This document shows positions 9,135 through 19,379 of a stretch of DNA of 64,000 nucleotides, one piece after another (position 1 is the stretch's first letter; every line of letters starts with the position of its first letter). A model generated the notes under the pieces. That model was given only the letters and a program-made list of their open reading frames with translations, searched no databases and was not told the origin of the DNA. This DNA is from Candidatus Saccharimonadales bacterium (GTDB taxonomy: Bacteria; Patescibacteriota; Saccharimonadia; Saccharimonadales; JAGPDM01), in contig JBGAVT010000003.1 of NCBI GenBank assembly GCA_044227985.1, positions 20,250 through 84,249 on the forward strand, given 5' to 3'. Both the position numbers and the translations under genes were made by a program.

Positions 9135-10388
9135 ATGAAAATTGGCTTGTTTACGGATACATATCACCCGGCGGTGAACGGCATTTGCTTCGTGATTGAT
9201 ATAACGCGTAAGCAGCTCGAAGCACTTGGACACGAAGTCTTTATCTTTGCACCTAAGCCCTCAATCCGCTACAAAGAAATAGACGATCATATTCGTCGCT
9301 ATCCTTCGATTCGTGGTGTTGATTGGGAGGAAGATATGACTAGCATATTCTTTCCTCCTCGCGAGGTTCGATATATTCGCAATCTAAACCTCGATATTAT
9401 CCACTTTTTCACCCCAGACCAGGTCGGTCTTCTCGGCGCATATGCAAGTATCAGAAAAGATATCCCCTTAGTTGCTCAGCATAGCACCGACATCATTAAT
9501 TATGCTGATTATTACTCAGGTTACATGAAAGCGCTACTTGCGCTACCGCTGGTAGTTCCAGTCGCACTTCGTGAAATTGCCAAAGATTGGCGGAAGTTAT
9601 TGCCTCGTCTGGAAGAGAAGCGCTTCAGTAAACAGCGAAAGCGAATTACTCAGCAATATCTTGCTGCTCTGTATGGTCGTTGTGACGGAGTAATAGCTTT
9701 ATCTCCACGGATGGATAAGCAGCTGAAGAGCTGGCATGGGAATTTAAGTATGACAATGATTCCAACTGGTGTTGATCCTCTACCGTTTGAAAAAGGTGAC
9801 GTTGAATCGATGAGAAAAGAATTCCAGTTGAGTCCGAAGAATAAAGTAGTTTTGTATGTTGGCCGAATCGTTCAAGAGAAGAACCTTGAAATGCTAATAG
9901 AAGCATTCGCCTTTTTAGTTCAAAAGATTCCAGATGCGAAACTGATGTTCGTTGGCAATGGAGATTATCTTGAAGCCACAAAAGATTTTGCTAGTCAGTT
10001 TTTAGATGAAGATCAGTTTATCTTCACTGGAAATCTTGATCATAATAAACTTGGTGCTATCTATGAGCTAGGGGATGTCTTCGCCTTCCCTTCTTTGACT
10101 GACACGCAAGGACTCGTGTTAAACGAAGCTGCTAATGCTGGTCTTCCCCTCGTGACAGCAGTTGATGATATGAATGAGGTTATCAGCAATAATGAAAATG
10201 GTATGGTCGTGGGAGATTCAGCGAGAGAGTTTTCAAAAGCCTTGTTTGAGATCCTTTCAAGCAAGACGCTATATAAAAAAATGTCTGATAAAAGTCGAGA
10301 CCTAGCTAGTAACTACAGCGCGCTTGAACAGACTAAGATCCTAGTTGATTATTACCACGAAGTTATTGAGCGACACCAGAAGAAATAA
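9135..10388 (+). CDS. glycosyltransferase family 4
   Basis: 417 aa: MKIGLFTDTYHPAVNGI...VGRIVQEKN...FPSLTDTQGLVLNEAANAGLPLV, the GT4 signature. Divergent from the other GT4 gene. Confidence 0.8.
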   Translation: MKIGLFTDTYHPAVNGICFVIDITRKQLEALGHEVFIFAPKPSIRYKEIDDHIRRYPSIRGVDWEEDMTSIFFPPREVRYIRNLNLDIIHFFTPDQVGLLGAYASIRKDIPLVAQHSTDIINYADYYSGYMKALLALPLVVPVALREIAKDWRKLLPRLEEKRFSKQRKRITQQYLAALYGRCDGVIALSPRMDKQLKSWHGNLSMTMIPTGVDPLPFEKGDVESMRKEFQLSPKNKVVLYVGRIVQEKNLEMLIEAFAFLVQKIPDAKLMFVGNGDYLEATKDFASQFLDEDQFIFTGNLDHNKLGAIYELGDVFAFPSLTDTQGLVLNEAANAGLPLVTAVDDMNEVISNNENGMVVGDSAREFSKALFEILSSKTLYKKMSDKSRDLASNYSALEQTKILVDYYHEVIERHQKK

Positions 10389-10944
10389 AACCATTATCGG
10401 TGGTTATCTCGCAACCGCCCCACAGGCCACGATTATTCTCTCGTGCGCTTTTCTCAGCCTGTCTAAATTCATCACTTTTTCCAAACGGAAATGAAGTGTA
10501 GGCAAAACCGTAGCCATCGGCAACTAGCTTTTGATTCCAAAGTGTTCCGTCTTCAAGGTATACATAGCGCAGTAAACGGCTATAGCGATCGATATTGTCG
10601 CCGATCGGATCAGACTCAAGACGAACTTTCTTGCCAAGGAGATTTTTCGTCGTATAGTCGCTGGCGGCTTGGCCGAAACATTGAACCGGTTTTTTCGGAT
10701 GATGCGTTTCAGGTGTATCTACACCGATTAGCCTAACCTTCTCGATTTTTGTGTTGATCTGGACACCGATTGTGTCGCCGTCATAGACTTTGGCGACCTC
10801 AAATTGTCCAGGTGTCGGCATCGGAAGATTTTTCGTAACTGCATTTTCGGGATAATAAGCATCAAGGCCAAAAAACCCAGCGATTACAACTATTAGTAAG
10901 CTGAAAATAAGTTGTTTCTGTTTCTTTGTAAGCTTGAATTTCAT
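10363..10944 (-). CDS. membrane-anchored thermonuclease (staphylococcal nuclease homolog)
   Basis: 193 aa with an N-terminal TM helix, then DGDTIGV...VRLIGVDTPETHHPKKPVQCFGQAASDYT...DRYSRLLRYVY, the SNase-fold motifs. Its 3' end overlaps the convergent GT4 gene by 26 nt. Confidence 0.85.
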   Translation of the reverse strand: MKFKLTKKQKQLIFSLLIVVIAGFFGLDAYYPENAVTKNLPMPTPGQFEVAKVYDGDTIGVQINTKIEKVRLIGVDTPETHHPKKPVQCFGQAASDYTTKNLLGKKVRLESDPIGDNIDRYSRLLRYVYLEDGTLWNQKLVADGYGFAYTSFPFGKSDEFRQAEKSARENNRGLWGGCEITTDNGFISSGVAQ

Positions 10945-11064
10945 TGTTCTAATTTTACACTAGCCTGTTGATATATATAAATCTAGCCTGCGCAACAAAA
11001 CCCTTATGCTTGTAAAACTTCAAGAGAGTAGTATCATAACTAATATAGAGGAGCCTGAAAAGTA

Positions 11065-11565
11065 ATGTCCAACGGTATAGAGTTAGATGATGCAGGGGTA
11101 CACATCCAATCGTTTGCGTTTTCTCGTGATGATCAGTGCTTTTTTCCGCAAATGGTTACTGAAGCTCGTAGTACAAACCCAACGATAGGCGAAAAGCGGA
11201 TACTTTTGATTGAACCCTCCAATCGCGGATTTTTGCGACGAATGTTTGATAGTGCACTTGAATTAGTGTCTGACAGAGAGGCTAACAAACGTAGCAAGAC
11301 AGGTGCTCTCGCAGTAAGTGTTGTGTCAAATCAAGTACTTTTTGACGCACTAGCTGGGCAAAATCTCAATCCGCTGTCTGACCCACCTAGCTTGGTGGGC
11401 AGTAGTGGATTGAACGAAGAAGCGACTTTAGCCATAGTTAGCGCTGAATCGTTTGATGAGTTCGCAGGTGGGTTGGTTGCAGACAACCAGCGAAGGGTTG
11501 ACTTAATGGCTGACGCAGCTGCAATTATTGATGATGGTGCACGAATACTTGAAGAAAACGAATAG
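11065..11565 (+). CDS. hypothetical acidic protein
   Basis: 166-aa ORF with GAGGAG upstream of the ATG. I recognised no family. Confidence 0.55.
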   Translation: MSNGIELDDAGVHIQSFAFSRDDQCFFPQMVTEARSTNPTIGEKRILLIEPSNRGFLRRMFDSALELVSDREANKRSKTGALAVSVVSNQVLFDALAGQNLNPLSDPPSLVGSSGLNEEATLAIVSAESFDEFAGGLVADNQRRVDLMADAAAIIDDGARILEENE

Positions 11566-11685
11566 TAAAAATTAGTAATTAGTCACTGGTTCAAAATGAA
11601 GTTTTACACGGATGCTTGTCTGTAAACAAGTGACTTTTAGAACTATGGGGTCTGGGCATAAAAGAGCCAAAGCCTGAGAGTGAAT

Positions 11686-11760
11686 GTTATTGAAACAATA
11701 ACGACACAGACAGTGTTTGAATAGCGAGGCTACGAGTTCTGTTTGTGGTTGTTTCAATAA
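11686..11760. other. long imperfect hairpin / alternative-fold element in a 286-bp convergent intergenic region
   Basis: TTATTGAAACAA (11687-11698) is perfectly complementary to TTGTTTCAATAA (11749-11760). CACAGACAG (11705-11713) pairs with CTGTTTGTG (11739-11747, one G-U). A competing local hairpin GTTATTG-aaa-CAATAAC lies at 11686-11702. Confidence 0.45.
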
Positions 11761-11851
11761 TAATGAACGCATCAAGCGGCGTGATAAGCCCAGGAGTTTG
11801 CTCAACTCTGCGATTCAAAGTTGAATTAATAAAAGAAAATTATGTTATTAG

Positions 11852-13576
11852 CTAACTTGTAGTCGCTCCTTTATCGGCAGTATTAACTAGTCGTCGGAAT
11901 TTTTCCTGAACACCGCGCGCTGGATTGTTTGGTGAATTTGGCTTATGTGCTGCTTTACGTATTTTCATCTCATCTTCATCGACTAACATTTCAAGACTTT
12001 CATTAGCTGGATCAATAACGATTTTATCACCATCCTCCAAGAGACCTATTGGCCCACCATCATAAGCTTCTGGTGCAACATGACCTATCGCTAGACCTCT
12101 TGTACCGCCGCTGAAGCGACCATCGGTGATAAGTGCAACCTTGTCGTCAATTCCAGTTCCTTTGATGGCGCTCGTCGGCGCGAGCATCTCGCGCATACCT
12201 GGGCCACCCTTTGGTCCTTCGTTTCGTATAATCACTGCATCATATTCTTTGATTTCGCCAGCCAAAATGGCTTTCATGGCGTGCTCTTCGCTTTCAAATA
12301 CGCGAGCGGTACCTTCGAATTTCTTAACTTCATCAACGCCAGCAATTTTGAAGACTGCACCAAGTGGGGCAAGACTTCCCTTCAGTATTGTTAAACCACC
12401 CTCGTCATGAACTGGGTCAGAAAACGGATGGATGACTTCACCATCAGGTTTTGGCGGCTTAATTGCAGCTAAGTTTTCGGCCATAGTTTTACCATTGTAG
12501 GTCAAACAATCACCATGTAGTAAACCTTCGTCAAGCAACATTTGTAGTACGACAGGAATCCCGCCAACCCGGTCAATATCGATCATATGATACTTTCCAT
12601 TTGGTCGAGTATCGGCAATTTGCGGAACTTTTTTCCGGATTTCGTTGAATTTCATGATATCAATATCGATCTCAGCTTCATGCGCAATCGCCATGATGTG
12701 AAGTACAGCATTCGTTGAACCTCCAAGTGCATTGGCCATCATGATGGCATTTTCGATTGATTTCGGTGTGATGATATCCCGAACTGTCATACCACGTTTG
12801 AGTTGCTCGATAACAGCTACTGCTGCTTCACGAGCATAGCCTTCTCGACGATTATCTACAGCGGCAGGGCTAGCACTGCCTAGTACAGAAATACCGAGTG
12901 CTTCGCCAATACTGGCCATTGTGTTGGCGGTAAACATACCACCACAGCTACCATCACCTGGACAGGCATTGCATTCGATTGCTTTGAGCTCATCATCCGT
13001 CATCTTGTCGGCGGCACGTTTGCCGACTGCTTCGAAGACGTTAACAATATCAATATTTTTACCATCTAATTTTCCAGGCAATGTTGAACCGCCGTAGAGC
13101 ATGACGCCAGCGATATTAAGTCGTGCAGGAGCCATGATCATAGCCGGGATTGATTTGTCGCAACCAGCAATCGTGATCAAGCCATCCATTTTTTCTGCTC
13201 GAGCAATTGTCTCAACACTATCGGTAATAACCTCACGGCTGATTAGACTATTTTTCATACCATCGGTGCCCATGCTGATACCATCACTGACGGCGATCGT
13301 GCTAGCGTAGAAACCAAAGCCACCTGCTGCTGTTACACCTTGTCTAGCTGCTACATTGAGTCGTCCACCGCTAATATTGCATGGTGTTACGTTGTTGTCG
13401 GTGTCGATGACAAGAATTTGAGGTTTTTTGAAATCATCATCCTGCATTCCGACTGCTCGGAGCATAGCCCTGGCTGGTGCTCTCTCAAATCCATCAACTA
13501 GTTCGGCACTATTTGGTCGCGCATTTTCTAAATTATCATCACATCCACTACATTTTCCACTTCCATCACACGCCAT
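11852..13576 (-). CDS. ilvD: dihydroxy-acid dehydratase
   Basis: 574 aa: [13 protein letters not shown]...GISMGT...CDKSIPAM...[16 protein letters not shown]...[12 protein letters not shown], the IlvD/Edd family motifs. Its leader is SD-led (GTGGAG). Confidence 0.93.
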   Translation of the reverse strand: MACDGSGKCSGCDDNLENARPNSAELVDGFERAPARAMLRAVGMQDDDFKKPQILVIDTDNNVTPCNISGGRLNVAARQGVTAAGGFGFYASTIAVSDGISMGTDGMKNSLISREVITDSVETIARAEKMDGLITIAGCDKSIPAMIMAPARLNIAGVMLYGGSTLPGKLDGKNIDIVNVFEAVGKRAADKMTDDELKAIECNACPGDGSCGGMFTANTMASIGEALGISVLGSASPAAVDNRREGYAREAAVAVIEQLKRGMTVRDIITPKSIENAIMMANALGGSTNAVLHIMAIAHEAEIDIDIMKFNEIRKKVPQIADTRPNGKYHMIDIDRVGGIPVVLQMLLDEGLLHGDCLTYNGKTMAENLAAIKPPKPDGEVIHPFSDPVHDEGGLTILKGSLAPLGAVFKIAGVDEVKKFEGTARVFESEEHAMKAILAGEIKEYDAVIIRNEGPKGGPGMREMLAPTSAIKGTGIDDKVALITDGRFSGGTRGLAIGHVAPEAYDGGPIGLLEDGDKIVIDPANESLEMLVDEDEMKIRKAAHKPNSPNNPARGVQEKFRRLVNTADKGATTS

Positions 13577-13611
13577 TTCGTTTCTCCACTTATGTAATGA
13601 CTATTATATCA

Positions 13612-14166
13612 TTAATTTTGAAGCTCTTCGGCCTTAAGCTTATACAAGCTCAAGGCCGCGATAGTTTCACTGTCGGTAATTTCTCCATTCTTTATCATTT
13701 CAAAAATATTTTTGACTGAGGCTTTCTGAATTCCATAAATCCCTTCTTCTGCTTGTTCGATATTCCCAGTTTGTGCTAAATTTCGGGCAAGAAAAATATC
13801 ACCCTGACCACGAATGATGTTATTTGCGCTATGGATAGTGCCAAGAAAATCCCACGTTTTGGCGGTTAGACCTGTTTCTTCTAGTAATTCTCGCTTCGCC
13901 GCATCAACTGAGCATTGCCCATCAGAAGATCCAGCCGGAACCTCAATCGAAATAATATCGTTCGGGTAACGATGAGTTTTAATCAAAATAATATTTTCAT
14001 CTACATCGACAGCAACGATGTAGACAGAAACCTCATTCTCAACTACATAATACTCCCCATTACTACCATCCGGCTTAATAACATCTTCTTTTTTAACCAA
14101 GTAGAACGGGTTTTTGTGAATTATCTTTGAAGAAAGTTTTCTCCATTTTCTCTGTTTATTAGTCAT
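13612..14166 (-). CDS. NUDIX hydrolase (ADP-ribose pyrophosphatase-like)
   Basis: 184 aa with a Nudix box GSSDGQCSVDAAKRELLEETG. Confidence 0.85.
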   Translation of the reverse strand: MTNKQRKWRKLSSKIIHKNPFYLVKKEDVIKPDGSNGEYYVVENEVSVYIVAVDVDENIILIKTHRYPNDIISIEVPAGSSDGQCSVDAAKRELLEETGLTAKTWDFLGTIHSANNIIRGQGDIFLARNLAQTGNIEQAEEGIYGIQKASVKNIFEMIKNGEITDSETIAALSLYKLKAEELQN

Positions 14167-14173
14167 ATTTCTG

Positions 14174-14182
14174 ATTATAACA
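14174..14182 (-). promoter_or_regulatory. extended -10 box 7 nt upstream of the NUDIX ATG
   Basis: The minus strand reads TGtTATAAT-cagaaat-ATG(14166). Confidence 0.5.
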
Positions 14183-14222
14183 AATCAATAGCCCGCAAAA
14201 ATATTAGAGTTTTATAGATAAA

Positions 14223-15635
14223 TTATTTTACTTCTATTACAAGTGGTAAAAGGTTATCTCGATAGCTAACTACCGATTCACCGATGCTCTGATCCACGGC
14301 TACCTGATCTATGTTCTTAAAAACTGGTGTTTTATTGGCGTCAAGATTTTCGGTATCAAAAGTCCAAACCCCAAGATTATATTTTTCTCCCATCTCTACT
14401 GTTTGCATAATGAAATGTTTGCCATCAACCGTATTAATTTTTATGGCATAAATATTTCCAGCCAGTGTAATTGGAAACTCTACTTCATTATTTGGATTGC
14501 TCGTGTCAATTACCATAATTTTTCTCAAGCTTTGGTTTCCCTCGGCAGTTACCTCATATTTCCCGAATGTCAGTAACTTTTCGTTAACACCTAATAATTT
14601 GGCTTTTAGTTTCGGAGCGGTCTGAGCGACTGATTCTTCGGCTTTTTTAGTTGGCTCTGTTTTCTTGTCACTTGCCTCTTTGTTAGCTTTGTAGATATTC
14701 CTACTTGTAACGGACCCATTTTTATACGTTAGAAGGTCAATAGGATTTTGATCACTTGTTTTTGTCTCTGGTGAGTCAAGCGATTCAGATAACACGAATT
14801 GTCTTGCATTGCTTGTAGCAACAAAATTATAACCAGCGTTCTGGCCAGCATCGTCAAGTGTAAATACCTTTTTTAGTTCGCGGCTATTTGTATCTAGCTC
14901 ATAGATGATTGGTAAAAGTGGTGCGTCGCATCCTAGACATGAGATTTGCTGGAATAAAGCCCGTTTACTTTCTTGATCATAAAATAAAGGCAAGCCAAGA
15001 ATTGTAGCATCATCAACTAACGTGACTGGTTTACCTCCACGGACAATTGGCGCTCTGACGAAATTGGTTTTTTCGTTGTTAAAACCTTCCGATATAAGTA
15101 GCACTTCGTTGTCAGTAGAGATTGTTGTGCTTAGTAGCTCTGCACCATTTTTTGATTGCCAGATCTCATATGGTTCGTTGGTGTCAACCTTAGCAAATAT
15201 CTTTTCTGGTACCTGAACATTGTTTTGGCTATCGAATCGAGCTTCAGTATTAAATATAATCTGAACTTTGTTGTCACGCATGCTGGTATCGATAATATTA
15301 GCTTCTGCCGGTAGACTATCAACAAGATCTTTATAAATTCCTGTATCTAGGTTAAAACCAACCAGTTTTGCTCCTAAATTGTAGGGCTGATATGTCTCGG
15401 TTTTAATAATCTTTTCATCTGTTTTGGTTTGTTCGACTTGCTCTTGTGGTTTAATTTGCAAGAACATATAAATCCCTGCACCAATGAGAGCGATGATAAC
15501 GACTATAATCATCGCCCAAAGCGCCTTATGCGATTTTTTAGGTTGTGGTGCACCAGGAAGATTGGCATTTCCGCCAGGCTGTATTTGTTGTAACGGTTGA
15601 TAATTCTGTTGCGGTCCGTCTTGTTGCTCGGGCAT
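14223..15635 (-). CDS. membrane-anchored hypothetical protein (Q/P-rich N-terminus, one TM helix, large extracytoplasmic domain)
   Basis: ORF-track ORF 14223-15644. I prefer ATG 15635 as the start because AAGGAG (15649-15644) lies 8 nt upstream. TM helix ALWAMIIVVIIALIGAGIYMFL. No family recognised. Confidence 0.65.
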   Translation of the reverse strand: MPEQQDGPQQNYQPLQQIQPGGNANLPGAPQPKKSHKALWAMIIVVIIALIGAGIYMFLQIKPQEQVEQTKTDEKIIKTETYQPYNLGAKLVGFNLDTGIYKDLVDSLPAEANIIDTSMRDNKVQIIFNTEARFDSQNNVQVPEKIFAKVDTNEPYEIWQSKNGAELLSTTISTDNEVLLISEGFNNEKTNFVRAPIVRGGKPVTLVDDATILGLPLFYDQESKRALFQQISCLGCDAPLLPIIYELDTNSRELKKVFTLDDAGQNAGYNFVATSNARQFVLSESLDSPETKTSDQNPIDLLTYKNGSVTSRNIYKANKEASDKKTEPTKKAEESVAQTAPKLKAKLLGVNEKLLTFGKYEVTAEGNQSLRKIMVIDTSNPNNEVEFPITLAGNIYAIKINTVDGKHFIMQTVEMGEKYNLGVWTFDTENLDANKTPVFKNIDQVAVDQSIGESVVSYRDNLLPLVIEVK

Positions 15636-15692
15636 AGTTTCCACTCCTTAGACTATAATTAGCCTAAGCATAACAAATATGAGTATGTGAAA

Positions 15693-16070
15693 TCAATCAC
15701 TTTTACGTGGCTTTACTACTGTTTTAATTGGTTGAATAATCAACGTAGCACAGTTATATCTTCCAGCAGTTAGCGGATTACCAAGCCACCGTTCAATTTG
15801 TTTTAAATCTATAGTTTCAATTTCAGATATTGGCTTGCCTATGAGATGCTCGATAATTTCGTCTGTCGCAACAAGACTAACCATGCAACCGTCGCCATAA
15901 AAACTAGCATCTTGGACGATGTCCTTTTCGTCAATCTTCAAATCTATAGTTAGAGAATCACCACAGCTTGGATTGTGGCTTGGTACGCTGTAATCTGCAC
16001 TATCAAGAGTACCTTTATGACGAAGATTCTTGTATCTTTCCAATAAAACTTGGCGGTATAGACTGCTCAT
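15693..16070 (-). CDS. sufU: Fe-S cluster assembly sulfur-transfer/scaffold protein SufU
   Basis: 125 aa with conserved Cys contexts NPSCGDS, GDGCMVS and RYNCATL. Overlaps the sufS stop by 4 nt. Confidence 0.88.
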   Translation of the reverse strand: MSSLYRQVLLERYKNLRHKGTLDSADYSVPSHNPSCGDSLTIDLKIDEKDIVQDASFYGDGCMVSLVATDEIIEHLIGKPISEIETIDLKQIERWLGNPLTAGRYNCATLIIQPIKTVVKPRKSD

Positions 16071-17239
16071 GATAATTCCTCAATTGCTTGCTTCAGAATT
16101 CTCACAGCTGTATCGACATCTTCTTTTGTCGTGTAGCCACCACAGCTAAGCCGAATGCTGGCGGGTATGTCTAGTCGCTCATGAAGTGGCATTGTGCAGT
16201 GATGACCAGCGCGGCTAGCAACATTATTTTCACCTAAGAATCCAGCCAAGTCGTGCGCATGAACATTAGTGTCAGAAAAACTTACTAGCGCAGCTCGATT
16301 GCTACCTTCACCAATTATTTTGACGGGTAGTTCAGAAATTTTTTCATAAAGGTATTGTGCAAGTTCTGATTCATCTGGCCTGTTCTCTTCCAGGAACTTA
16401 CAAGCAGTAGCCATGCCGATAGCTTCCGCTATCGGAGGTGTTCCAGCCTCAAACTTCTCCGGTGATTCTAGAAATTCGACCCGATCATCTGAAACGGTCA
16501 AAACACTCCCACCGCCAACGATAAATGGTGGGATGTTCTCTAAGATCTTTGATTTTGCCCAGAGCACACCGATACCTTTTGGTCCATACATTTTATGCCC
16601 TGAAAAAGCGTAGGCGTCAACATCAAGCTCACGAACATTAACCGGTGTGTGTGCGATCGCCTGTGCACCGTCAACGATTATAATTGCATTCTCACAGTTT
16701 TTGCGCACAAGTTCAGCGATTTTTTTAATATTACTTATTTGTCCTGTCACGTTACTGATATGAGTTATTGCGAGAATAATATTTTTTTCAGTTATTTGCG
16801 ATGAAAACTCCTGCCAATCAGTCTCGAAATTATCGTCAAGTGGCAGGAGCGATACTTTTCGGTTTTGATGTACTGCTTCTTTTCGCCACGGCAGAATATT
16901 GGCATGATGGGCAGTTGGATCGATAAAAACTTCATGCCCTGGAGATGATTGAGCTAATCCGTAGGCAATCGTATTCAGTGATTCAGTTGTGCCGCGAGTA
17001 AAAACTAGTTCATCTTTTGCTCCACCGATGAACTCAGCGACGGTTTTTCGAGCTGTTTCGTACTGCTCGGTGGCTTCTTCTGCCAGCGGATATAAACCGC
17101 GGTGAATATTACTGCCATTGTTCAAATAGTAATTATTCATGGCTTGGAGCGCGGGTCCGCAGATTGGTGTAGTCGCCGCCGCATCGAGATAGATTAGATC
17201 AGGATTATTTACGAGACTTGGAAAATCAGATTTATTCAT
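16067..17239 (-). CDS. sufS: cysteine desulfurase
   Basis: 390 aa class-V aminotransferase: SGHKMYGPKGIGVLW (PLP Lys) and RAGHHCTMPLH (active-site Cys loop). Confidence 0.92.
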   Translation of the reverse strand: MNKSDFPSLVNNPDLIYLDAAATTPICGPALQAMNNYYLNNGSNIHRGLYPLAEEATEQYETARKTVAEFIGGAKDELVFTRGTTESLNTIAYGLAQSSPGHEVFIDPTAHHANILPWRKEAVHQNRKVSLLPLDDNFETDWQEFSSQITEKNIILAITHISNVTGQISNIKKIAELVRKNCENAIIIVDGAQAIAHTPVNVRELDVDAYAFSGHKMYGPKGIGVLWAKSKILENIPPFIVGGGSVLTVSDDRVEFLESPEKFEAGTPPIAEAIGMATACKFLEENRPDESELAQYLYEKISELPVKIIGEGSNRAALVSFSDTNVHAHDLAGFLGENNVASRAGHHCTMPLHERLDIPASIRLSCGGYTTKEDVDTAVRILKQAIEELS

Positions 17240-17735
17240 CGAAAACTTGCTCGAACAACATTTCTAAACGTTTTTTAAGAATTGCTTGCTTGGCATCATC
17301 AAGACTGATCATGACGTCGTCGACAAAGGCCTGAATAAGCAATCGTGTTGCCTGCTGCTGATTAAAGCCACGTCGCATCAGGTATTCAACCAGTTTCTTG
17401 TCGAGCTGTCCAACGCTTGCAGCGTGGTTAGCTTTGACCTCGTTATTTTCAATTTCGAGTTCAGGTATCGCAGTCGCGTGCGCGTCTCTACCGAGTAGCA
17501 ATACTTTTTGGGTAAGGTCAGCTCGACCGAGCTCGGCTTTATCGGTCATCTTGATCAAACCACGCATCTCGAGTGTTCCGCCAGGGGCAACAATTGCTTT
17601 GTTGATAATCGTGGCGTTTGTCTCGGCGGCATCAAGCACAACTTCAAGAGCGTATTTTTCATCATCACCATCGAGGATAATCAGCAAATCTGAAAATTCA
17701 TAATGTTGGGATTTCTTACTTAAAACTGTGTTCAT
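17232..17735 (-). CDS. sufD: short SufD-like protein (C-terminal SufB/D domain only)
   Basis: 167 aa ending ...ANHAASVGQLDKKLVEYLMRRGFNQQQATRLLIQAFV, the SufB/SufD C-terminal signature. Only 63 nt of non-coding sequence lies upstream, so no N-terminal remnant exists. TATACT lies 7 nt before the ATG. Confidence 0.7.
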   Translation of the reverse strand: MNTVLSKKSQHYEFSDLLIILDGDDEKYALEVVLDAAETNATIINKAIVAPGGTLEMRGLIKMTDKAELGRADLTQKVLLLGRDAHATAIPELEIENNEVKANHAASVGQLDKKLVEYLMRRGFNQQQATRLLIQAFVDDVMISLDDAKQAILKKRLEMLFEQVFDE

Positions 17736-17798
17736 AGTATCTAGTATAAACCAGCAAGCTGCTACCTGCTAGAAGTATATAGTTCTAGAGATTGTAGA

Positions 17799-18344
17799 CT
17801 AGCCCAGGGTTGTTGTGGTTGCACCAGCTTGATCATCTCCAAAGATATCTTTTAAGTCTTCCTCGCTAATTTTGAAGTCGTCACAGACAGGACCTTCAAT
17901 TGACAATTCTGCGACTCCGTAGCCTGTCCCACTGCCACCGCCTCCTACTCTTCTGGTTGAAAATGGAAAATTCTCTACACAACCTACAATAACTGGAACT
18001 GAGGGTATTACTTCGTTTGGCAAATCTATTTTATCATCTGGATTATCTATCCACGTAATAAGCGCTTGACCGCCCTTGATTTCAATACTAGGGACCAAGA
18101 AAGGTTCTGTCGCCTCTTTGGCTGCGGCTGTATCTTTTTCTTGCTGTTGTCTTTTGGCTATAGAATTTTCCGTCGAAGTTGCAGTTACAATGCTTTCATC
18201 TGTTTGTTCAGCAGTTAGTTCAGTGGAACCCGAGCACCCGGCCAAGCCAGCAATGAAGCCAAGCGCAATCAACACTGCTTTACTTCGTAGAAAACTTGGC
18301 TTTCTGTCAATTAATCCGCTTATAATTGCGCTTGATTCAACCAT
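17799..18344 (-). CDS. lipoprotein, hypothetical
   Basis: 181 aa with signal peptide plus lipobox LAGC (…LIALGFIAGLAGCSG). AAGGAAA SD upstream. Confidence 0.65.
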   Translation of the reverse strand: MVESSAIISGLIDRKPSFLRSKAVLIALGFIAGLAGCSGSTELTAEQTDESIVTATSTENSIAKRQQQEKDTAAAKEATEPFLVPSIEIKGGQALITWIDNPDDKIDLPNEVIPSVPVIVGCVENFPFSTRRVGGGGSGTGYGVAELSIEGPVCDDFKISEEDLKDIFGDDQAGATTTTLG

Positions 18345-18438
18345 AATTTTCCTTGATTATATATTAATTCAAAAATAACAGAGAGAGAGTAGATTTGCAA
18401 GCAATAGCATTTTAGTTTATAGAAACACTTCCTAAATA

Positions 18439-19107
18439 CTAACTATTTAAGCCTTTGTCATTTCGCTTAAGGATGTACGCTTCTTCGCCTTCTTCTTTAT
18501 ATTCAACATCAAAGTAATCACTTCCTGCCAGAAAGTCTATCGCTGAAAGAGTATCACCAAGCCCGAATACTGCTGATCCTGGAGGCAAACGAACCAGTTC
18601 TGCAACGAGCTGTTTTTGTTTATCATCATTTAGAGATGCAGCATCAATAGCATTTAAAAACACACTAATCGGTTTCTTTTCACTCCATTCATCTAAAAAA
18701 ATACCCATAAACGAAACCATATCGTTATGAAACACCGTCGCATTTGGTGGTCTAAAATCTATCTCATGCGTTGACCAATAGGTCATTTTTGGCGGAATTG
18801 TTTCTTTGACTGTAACTAGTGCCGCTTGAGACAGATTATTAAGGTCAAGATTTCTCTCTACCCCAAGATATTTTGAATTCCAATTATCTGCAAGTAGCTC
18901 AAAGCTAAGTTCGGGAAACCGCCCACATCCTAGATCGAGTATTGGCATGTCGTCGATTGATTTTCTTACTCTTTCATAAAAATTAAACGGCAAATCTCCA
19001 AGCCATGAACTTTGACCTGGCATAAAAACATATTCACCCCACGAGGCTGGAGGTGGAAGTTCACTATGTTCAGGTCGGATTACTTCGGATTCAATTGGGC
19101 TAGACAT
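18439..19107 (-). CDS. class I SAM-dependent methyltransferase-like protein
   Basis: 222 aa with motif I ILDLGCG followed by an acidic post-I strand (YLGVERN). The assignment rests on motifs only. Confidence 0.5.
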   Translation of the reverse strand: MSSPIESEVIRPEHSELPPPASWGEYVFMPGQSSWLGDLPFNFYERVRKSIDDMPILDLGCGRFPELSFELLADNWNSKYLGVERNLDLNNLSQAALVTVKETIPPKMTYWSTHEIDFRPPNATVFHNDMVSFMGIFLDEWSEKKPISVFLNAIDAASLNDDKQKQLVAELVRLPPGSAVFGLGDTLSAIDFLAGSDYFDVEYKEEGEEAYILKRNDKGLNS

Positions 19108-19379
19108 CTATATACAATAACATAAATATATATATAAATCAATAAATTAGTAACCAACAAAAATCAAATACTCAACTAATATTTTATAAATAATCGGTTA
19201 AAAAACTCACAGACGTCGATTCTGCTACAAATATTTTATACTTTTTAGTCCCTCTAAAGTACTTGCTTGTTTCATGCGGAATATTGATTAGTTAATTGAG
19301 CTCGGTATGCATGAACTTAGTGTGGTGTATATCTCAGATATATGATATAACAATTTGTATGAGAACTTTAGAGGTTACG

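Noticed and set aside
10363-10388. 26-nt convergent overlap of the GT4 and thermonuclease genes, and the 0-7-nt convergent junctions at 8054/8059, 27125/27133 and 40496/40497
   Set aside because: These are consistent with general genome compaction. I found no sequence feature suggesting a specific regulatory mechanism.
11572-11805. 77-aa minus-strand ORF filling the ilvD-downstream spacer
   Set aside because: It has no promoter or SD context. The peptide is Cys/Leu-rich and implausible. The region is better explained by nested hairpins, which I report as a structural element.
11566-11851. Possibility that the spacer encodes RNase P RNA, tmRNA, SRP RNA or 6S RNA
   Set aside because: I found none of the diagnostic strings on either strand. 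The GAGGAAAGUCC and ACAGAA..GGCUUA blocks of RNase P are missing in the right order. There is no tRNA-like 3' end or tag ORF for tmRNA, and no SRP GGAA/AGCA apical motif. A GGGCTTATC match is isolated and in the wrong position.
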